Below, one piece after another: positions 58,827 through 64,000 of a DNA stretch of 64,000 nucleotides. Each line of letters begins with the position of its first letter. Within the stretch, counting starts at the first letter, position 1. The notes beneath the pieces were generated by a model. It worked only from the letters and a program-made list of their open reading frames with translations, did not search any database and was not told where the DNA came from. Source of the DNA: the human T2T-CHM13v2.0 reference genome, Homo sapiens; NCBI RefSeq assembly GCF_009914755.1, contig NC_060933.1. One strand, given 5' to 3'. Position numbers and translations under genes: made by a program.

Positions 58827-61812
58827 TTCTTTTTCCGTTAACAAATGTTTACAACCACCGTGATGTGAGAATTATTGAGGTTCATTGTGGGATTAACACG
58901 GGAACTCTATTTGAGCCACCACATGGATGGAGTAAATGCTTCAGGGTAGATGGGGTAAGTCACAGTATGTAACATGCTATGGACACTGAATGTTAATTCA
59001 TTTACGTTCTCTGTTGTGCAACTGCAAAATTCCTATTGTTGGCCTACTTTCATTCTTTTATGTTTTGAGGCAGAGTTTCACTCTTGTTGCCCAGGCTGAA
59101 GTGCAATGGCATGACCTCAGCTCACTGAAACCTCTGCCTCCCCGGTTCAAGCGATTCTCCTGCTTCAGCATCCCAAGTAGCTGGGATTACAGGCACCTGC
59201 CACTATGCCTGACTAATTTTTGTATTTTTAGTTGAGACAGGGTTTCACCATGTTGGTCAGGCTGGTCTCCCACTCCTGACCTCAGGTGATCCACCCCCCT
59301 TGGCTTCCCAAAGTGCACCACGCCTGGCCTAGCCTACTTTTAAATATAGCATTTCTAAATAAATAATGAGACAAGTTTTTCTAATTATTATAATAGTCTT
59401 TTACAAGTGTACAGGCCTTCTAAAAATATAATTGGCCAAGGCGAGTGGATCACAAGGTCAGGAGATCAAGACATCCTGGTCAACCTGGTAAAACCCCGTC
59501 TCTACTAAAAATACAGAAATTAGCCAGGCATGGTGACAGGCTTTTGTAGTCCCAGCTACTCAGGAGGCTGAGGTAGGAGAATCGCTTGAACCCAGGAGGC
59601 AGAGGTTGCAGCGAGCCGAGATCATGCCGTTGCACTACAGCCTGGGCAACAAGAGCAAAACTCGGTCTCAAAAAAATAAAAAAGAAAGAAAGAAAGTGGC
59701 AGTGAGGTAGAGAAACAGCTGGATTGGTTACAGGCTGGCATTTGCCTTATTTGAACACAGTTTGAACACTTAGCAGTATATGAGTGGTTGAAGTATGGTC
59801 AAGACTCAGCTACTGTTATAGGTACAGACTCCTAAATTAAGTTTTCAATCTTGTCTACCTGTTAAGCTACCTTACAGTTTGTCCACAAGAACCCACATAT
59901 AGAAGTACAGAGTCTTTCTTAGGCCATACTTAGTTTGCTTTTACAGAAGTGACAGCAGAGCTTTCAACACCTGTTTTCTTACACTGGGTGCCTGGATTCT
60001 GGGAAGACTCCAGGAGTAGGTGAGAAGGCCTTTTCAGTTTGTCAGAAGTTAGTAAATCACATAATTACTAAATTCCTTAAGATCGCGTCATCTGAAGGAA
60101 TGGTGTCGTGTCTAAATGACTGTGCTTCTAAGGACAGCTGATTCACAGGTTGACAAGGTCAGAAAAAGTGGCTCTTGTTGAAAGTTATTTTTTCCTGCGA
60201 TGTACATTTTTTTATGGTCTTTGGAATTAAAATGTGATGCTGATTGTCTCTGGGGAGTCTCGGAAGAGTAGAGTTTGCCACGGTATCACTTAGTGATTGT
60301 GGACATTCATTAAAAAGAGGCTGAGCCAACAGAAGAAAGATTGCAAATGTGCCCTTGTAAATGGGTTAGTAAACATTTCTTTTTTTTGCATAAGATACTG
60401 GGAGTGAATGGTATTTTTTCCACACCCATGGGTAGTAGTTATACATATAATCTATATTTCGTGACTGTGTATTATATGTAACTCTTTTTAAGTATATTGT
60501 GACATTACCTAGCATAGAAAGTAAATAGTATAATTCTAACTCTAAAATTAAATTTTAAAATGCAATACATGATATCTTACATTTTCTGTGAAATATGCCT
60601 TTTACAATTCACTGACCTTTAAGAAAAAGTAGTTAGCAAACAATTAACTGATGGTATCAGAATAATGCAATTTTTTTAATTCCAAAATTCTAAAAGCAAA
60701 ATTTATTCAAGTAATAGTATAAAATATAAAATCATGATTAGTGGTAAGATAATGTCTGGGAATATGGTATTTATTTCTGGATTTTCAGTCATTCACATTG
60801 TACCTGATTCTTTTTTTTTCCTTAGTGAACTAATTTCAGAGTTGGAATAAACTGAATACTGCTATTTATATTAGCAGCTGTAAAGTTTTATTGTAGAATA
60901 TATCTTGTACATTACATTAGCAAAATGGATGATTAAGAGGACTGACATTTCATTATCCTGTACTCAAACAGTGAAAGTAAAATAGAGGAAATTTGGGGAA
61001 TATGTAATTGTTGTAGTTTGTAGCTGGCTGTCATAAAGTTTGTAAAATGACAGAGCTTGTCATCAGTGTCTTGCAGCTGATCTAACAAGGATGGGCGAAG
61101 AAAAAGGTACCTGAGCTTTACCATCTGTGTTGTTTCCTTGTTTGGTTGGTGATCCTTACTCACATCAATCCATTGATTTAAAAGAATAGGTTTTCATCTT
61201 TTGGACTAATTAAAGTATGGCAATATCTTTGATTAGCCATTTTAGAACCTTTCTGCAAGTAAGACATTTCTAGTCTAGGTGTGGTGGCTCACACCTGTTC
61301 CAACATTTTGGGAGGCCAAGGCAGGCAGATTGCTTGAGACAAGTCTGAGCAATATGACAAGGCCCTGTGTCTACAAAAAATGAAGTGAGTCCAGCGTGGT
61401 GGTGTGACCCTGTAGTCAGCTACTCAGGAGGCTGAGGTGGGAGGATGGCTTGAGCCAGGTAGGTCAAAGCTACAGGGAGATGTGATTCCACCACCGCACT
61501 CCAGCCTGGGCAACAGAGGGAAACCCTATCTCTATTTTTTAAAAATTCTGATGTGATTTAATCTCTTTGTATAGATTTGACTTAAGAAGATTGAACATTC
61601 CATGTATATTCCTTTTCTTAAAGACTATCTAGAAGACTAATGAGTGATTTGACCAGATAGTTGAATCAGTGTTATGATAAAAAGAACCCTTTACTAAATT
61701 CTTGATCATGTTCTGAAGTTTTGCAAAAGCATAATCTGTATAGTGTAGATCTTTATTTCTTAGACTATTTAAAGATTAAAGATTTAATTTTTAGTAACAT
61801 CTAGCATACTAG
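58827..61812 (-). repeat. Copy B of the inverted duplication, interrupted by Alus (59053-59329 -, 59434-59695 +) and an LTR fragment
   Basis: Reverse-complement match to 33136-36690. The right end is cut exactly by the MER4 LTR at 61813. Confidence 0.95.
59695..59945 (-). mobile_element. ERV1 LTR fragment (LTR54/MER57-like)
   Basis: Reverse complement starts tgtaaaagcaaactaagtatggcctaagaaagactctgtacttctatat and contains tgttcaaataaggcaaa...tgtaaccaatccagctgttt. Confidence 0.7.
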
Positions 61813-62263
61813 TGTGAAAGGAAAACATCTTGGGCCCCCAGAATCACTAAGCTAGAGGAGAAATTCAAGCTGGGAACTGCTCAGGGCAAACTTGCCTCCC
61901 ATGCTATTCAAAGTCATCGCTCTGCTCACTGAGATAGATGCATATTCTGATTGCCTCCTTTAGAAAGCCTTATCAGAAACTCCAAAGAATACAATCATTT
62001 GTCTCTCACCTACCTGTGACCTGGAAGCCCTCTCCCTGCTTCAAGTTGTCCCTGTGTTTTTGGACAGAACCAATGTAGTTCTTACATATATTGATTGATG
62101 TCTCATGTCTCCCTAAAATATATAAAACCAAGCTGTGCCACGACTACCTTGCGTACATGTTGTCAGGACTTCCTGAGGCTGTGTCATGGGCATGTGTTCT
62201 CAACCTTGGCAAAATACGTTTTCTAAATTAATTGAGACCCGTCTCAAATTTTGGGGGTTCACA
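61813..62263 (+). mobile_element. MER4A-type ERV1 LTR
   Basis: tgtgaaaggaaaacatcttgggccccc...ttgggggttcaca termini. Confidence 0.88.
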
Positions 62264-63686
62264 TTTGGTAACCATGGAGGGATTCTGAATGGAGATGACC
62301 CTGACCTTTGGCAAATCTCCTATCAATGCTTGGTATCAGCATGAACTGACTTTATGACTCAAACCAATAGGAAAATTTGCTGAGGTCTGAGAGCACTGTC
62401 TCCAGAGAATCTCTGATCTTCCAAAATTTGGTCGAGATCTAAAGTTTATTTTGCTGTACAACTCCTCTTTTTTTGGAGTTTTACTTGCTTCCCACACAAG
62501 GAAGTCAAGGTTTTCACTTGCTTCCCACACAAGGAAGTCAAGGTTTTCCTGCTTCCTTAACGATGGAAGGCGGGTAACTCCTGTATGAAGTTTGAGCTTG
62601 CTTCCACAGGGAAGACGTGTTTGTTTGTATTTTTTCTCTGCTTCTAGGATTGTGAAGAGCAGTCTTCAGTCTGAGACCCATCCCTAGGTAAGTAACTGAA
62701 CTGGAGTTTTGTCTTGGCTAAAGTTAAGATTAACAACCAGCTGGTCTTAATTTCTCCTTACCATTAGAGTGTTCAGTGATCATATTGTTGTTGGGTTTTT
62801 TGTTGTTGTTGTTTGTTCTGGTCTGAAGTTGTTTAAGGATCCTAATTCTAGTTTGGAGATGCATTCTAAAGGATCTTCTCTACTGCTCTTTCTCTCACAT
62901 TTAATCTTAATTCAGTTTGTCTGTGTGCATTTGCATAAGGAACTGAACTGTTGTTTTCATATATTAATGAGAGACTGAATTTTCTCAGCTCCAAAGAGAA
63001 ACAGCATTTACTCCTCCCAGCTGAAAGGTGCCCCTGGGTGATGGGGGACCTCGTGGGAGTGTCTAGGAGGTTGACCCCGCCATGACATGCCACAATCCTG
63101 CAGGTAAATCTCCAACAAAAATTAATTTTAAAAATGGCTCATAAGGACTGATCACCCACTGTTTTGAGCCCTCTCTGAGGTCACAGACCTCTAGAGAGAG
63201 AAACTGAAACATGTAAGATGGTGGAAATGATGTAGTGGTGACACACCGTGGAGTCCTGTGCACAGGCAGCACACATCAATCCACCACACAAAAACCCTAG
63301 GCCACAGCTCAGTTCCTCTTCTTAAGAAAAAAAAAAAAGCAGGAAACAATCTAAGAACGAGGAGAAAATAAGGAGAATGACCCCCTTTTGAGCACTCCAT
63401 AGGTTTTATGGCACCTCTACTTGTGAAAGTTTATGTAAAATCGGAATAATATGGTCTTCGTGCACATTTACATCAAGGAAAAAGAGCCCTAAGGTTCGAC
63501 CTGCAAACTATAGAGTTTCTAAGTCCTCTTTTTCTCTATTTTTTCTCTTTTCTGGCTTCTTTAAATCTGCTGCTGTTTTTCTATTAAGACAAAAACCACC
63601 ATTTAGATCCAACAAGTTCTTTTTGCAAGCTGGTGAATTTGTATTTACCTCATGGCTAAAAGTTCTGAAGTAAAAGCTATAGGATC

Positions 63687-63735
<49 letters not shown>

Positions 63736-64000
63736 ATTTAAAAGGCCCTTATGATTTCTATAATTTTATGTTTAATTGGCAATTAAATGTGTTTTAATTT
63801 CCCTTTAGCACACCACACTTTTACTCTCCATACCTTATAATGTAAATTTTGCTATTTGACTTTCACCTGAGTTACTTCCTTTAATATGCAATTTCAAGGC
63901 TATTTAGCTGACAACTGCCCAGGGTTGTGAAACAGGTTATCAAGAATCTGAAAGTCTAAGATAGGAAAAAAAAGGTTTTTATGAATCTATAAAATGTACT
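62264..64000 (+). mobile_element. MER4-type internal sequence, running off the window
   Basis: Directly follows the LTR with PBS-like tttggtaacca; MER4-int-like leader sequence. Confidence 0.75.
63689..63732. repeat. (TG)22 microsatellite
   Basis: Direct reading. Confidence 0.95.

Overview
Human-type (hominid) genomic DNA, recognisable as the 3' end of WNK2 (chr9q22 by recall) and its downstream neighbourhood. Positions 1-26 kb are GC-rich and hold the last WNK2 coding exons on the + strand, all in a consistent reading phase. These include two frame-preserving cassette exons (99 and 45 nt) and three possible C-termini. On the - strand a five-exon chimeric transcript can be assembled, matching what I recall as C9orf129/FAM120A2P. 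It has a CpG-island first exon (~51.5-51.8 kb), two exons duplicated from FAM120A (~41 kb) and two exons made from the antisense strand of the WNK2 3' UTR, giving an uninterrupted 196-codon ORF. The rest is repeat-rich: a 1.57-kb CCT-rich tract, a full-length HSMAR2 mariner with nested Alus, a full-length THE1D, a full-length HERV-H with LTR7up-like LTRs, a MER4-type provirus start, L1 fragments and about 25 Alus. An old ~3-kb inverted duplication (33.1-36.7 kb vs 58.8-61.8 kb) brackets the FAM120A-derived exons, the CpG island and the HERV-H. Most ORFs in the supplied track are spurious. I see no clearly new biological system. The best leads are the retained-intron WNK1-like C-terminus of WNK2, the antisense chimeric gene interlocked with WNK2 3'-end processing, and the inverted duplication with identical core blocks. 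Family and gene names come from recall, not from database searches.
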